In this document: positions 62,801-64,000 of the stretch, one piece after another | Position numbering within the stretch: the first letter of the stretch is position 1 | Layout of the letters: each line of letters begins with the position of its first letter | NCBI GenBank assembly: GCA_017654855.1 | Contig: CM030333.1 | Coordinates: 1,736,001 to 1,800,000, forward strand | Source: Podospora anserina | Taxonomy: Eukaryota | Length of the DNA: 64,000 nt | Reading direction: 5' to 3' | The notes under the pieces: model-generated | What the model was told of the DNA's origin: nothing | Database searches by the model: none | Seen by the model: the letters and a program-made list of their open reading frames with translations, nothing else | Position numbers and translations under genes: made by a program

Positions 62801-63511
62801 GCATTGTGTCTGTGTCAAGAGACTGTGTGTGAGAGAGATATCTTGTGAGCGGAAATCTGTTTGACCCGAGAAGAAAACTTGATCTCCTCCTTTCTCTTGA
62901 GCTTGATTCTTTTCATGTCATTAATTCCTACTCCCCTAGCAACCAGGTTTTCTCTCAAAATATTTGAAACAAAAACATGGCCATGAGAGAGAAAAGAGCA
63001 ACGAAGAAAGAACCAACAGTCAGAGTGTGTGTAGTATCTCTGCAAAGACAGTATTTCCTCCCCCCACCCCCTTCCCTGCCTTCCCCACAACATTTCGCCT
63101 TGTGTGTGATAATAAAAAAGAGATTCGGTCGGATGATTGTGAGTATGCGAGAGTTGTCTGCGTGTGTGTGGCGGTGCTTCGTTGTCGATGTGTGTGCGAA
63201 AAATGAAGAGCTGTGAAAGACAAAAGAAAACAGACGAGAGAGGCCAACAACAACAAAAAATAATAACAAGCAGCGGTGAACGGTAACACCTGATAGATAA
63301 ATACAACTGCTGAATGCGCCTGAAGCAAAACAAAAATCGTCTCGTCATTAGTCGGCCCTGGCTTCTCGCGGAACAAGTGTGTCGAATAGAGGATGGTGAT
63401 AATGCCTGATGGTGGTGGTAGGGACTGGAAGAAGTGATACCAAAAGGTGCAGCCACAGAGACGGTCTGTAGAGTGAGCCATATGGTGGATTGTTTGAGAC
63501 TGCCATGACTG

Positions 63512-64000
63512 CTACATGACAATGCAACAGCCGCAACCACCCTTCTTTGGTGCTGGATCCTCCTCAGGGGGTTCCGGTACCTTGACTGTCGACGACGGCT
63601 GAAGCTGGGTCTGTGGTTGTGGTCCTGGCGTCCGTGGGCTTGGTAGAGGACTCATGGTTGGTTTGTCTGAGATCTTGGGCATTGTTGAATATGAGCTCGC
63701 TCTTCCTCCAAGCGTAGGGCTCCTCACTTCTGGCCTTAACGGCCAGTCACCCTGCTCCTCATCCTGCGCTTCCTTTTCAGGATCCCTTTCCTCTTGTCCC
63801 GCGATGTTCTCTGGAGGTTTCAAGAACCCTTCGTCGGTGAGTGGCCTAAACTCTCTGTCGTAGACATTTCCAAACTTGCCCTCTCGTTCCATCCTCTCTT
63901 GAGCTAGCCGCTTGGCTACGGTTGGCAAGAGTTGTTGGTCCGGAGGCAAGCGAGGATCAGGCCGGTACGCAGAGATCATCCAGGGTGGTTCTCCTTCCAT
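63512..64000 (-). CDS. teaR: 3' end of a TeaR/Mod5-like prenylated cell-end marker receptor (partial, continues beyond the window)
   Basis: EGEPPW...Y.PDPRLPPDQQLLPT.AKR..QE..EREGK..YDR.F.PL block and C-terminal KKGGCGCCIVM CaaX box. Confidence 0.8.
   Translation of the reverse strand: MEGEPPWMISAYRPDPRLPPDQQLLPTVAKRLAQERMEREGKFGNVYDREFRPLTDEGFLKPPENIAGQEERDPEKEAQDEEQGDWPLRPEVRSPTLGGRASSYSTMPKISDKPTMSPLPSPRTPGPQPQTQLQPSSTVKVPEPPEEDPAPKKGGCGCCIVM

Noticed and set aside
1-64000. tRNA, rRNA and CRISPR arrays
   Set aside because: None recognised by eye. The 21-bp array lacks constant repeats with unique spacers. A tRNAscan/Rfam run is needed to exclude small RNAs.

Overview
Eukaryotic DNA from a filamentous ascomycete (Sordariales). 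GT-AG introns with CTRAC branch sites and the HSP90/ClpP/FKBP sequences suggest Podospora or a close relative; this is inference. The first ~11 kb is gene-poor: a probable decayed HET-domain gene, then a RIP-damaged Fot1/pogo-type DNA transposon (42-bp TIRs, TA duplication) inserted into a long, phased, degenerate 21-bp repeat array. A dense housekeeping block follows at 11.4-52.7 kb: HSP90, FKBP12, a flavin reductase-like protein, MRPL36, VPS5, TAF5, MED11, a secreted Cys-rich protein, PFF1 peptidase, BBP/MSL5, a GST, KAR3, LOA1, ILV3, CLPP, an RRG8-like protein, a membrane protein and PRI2. The last ~11 kb is again gene-poor, with one small zinc-ribbon gene and the 3' end of a TeaR/Mod5-like CaaX gene. 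The strongest unexplained signal is a set of cryptic in-frame C-terminal extensions behind stop codons. The best is an 88-codon tail after the MED11 TAG, with four SUMO consensus sites and an internal repeat conserved at the protein level. Others are a hidden PTS1 (SRL) behind the GST stop and a TAG-CAG-TCA leaky-stop context after the TeaR CaaX box. The BBP gene also has an intron packed with its own CTAAC binding motif. All coordinates were counted by hand and may be off by a few bases.
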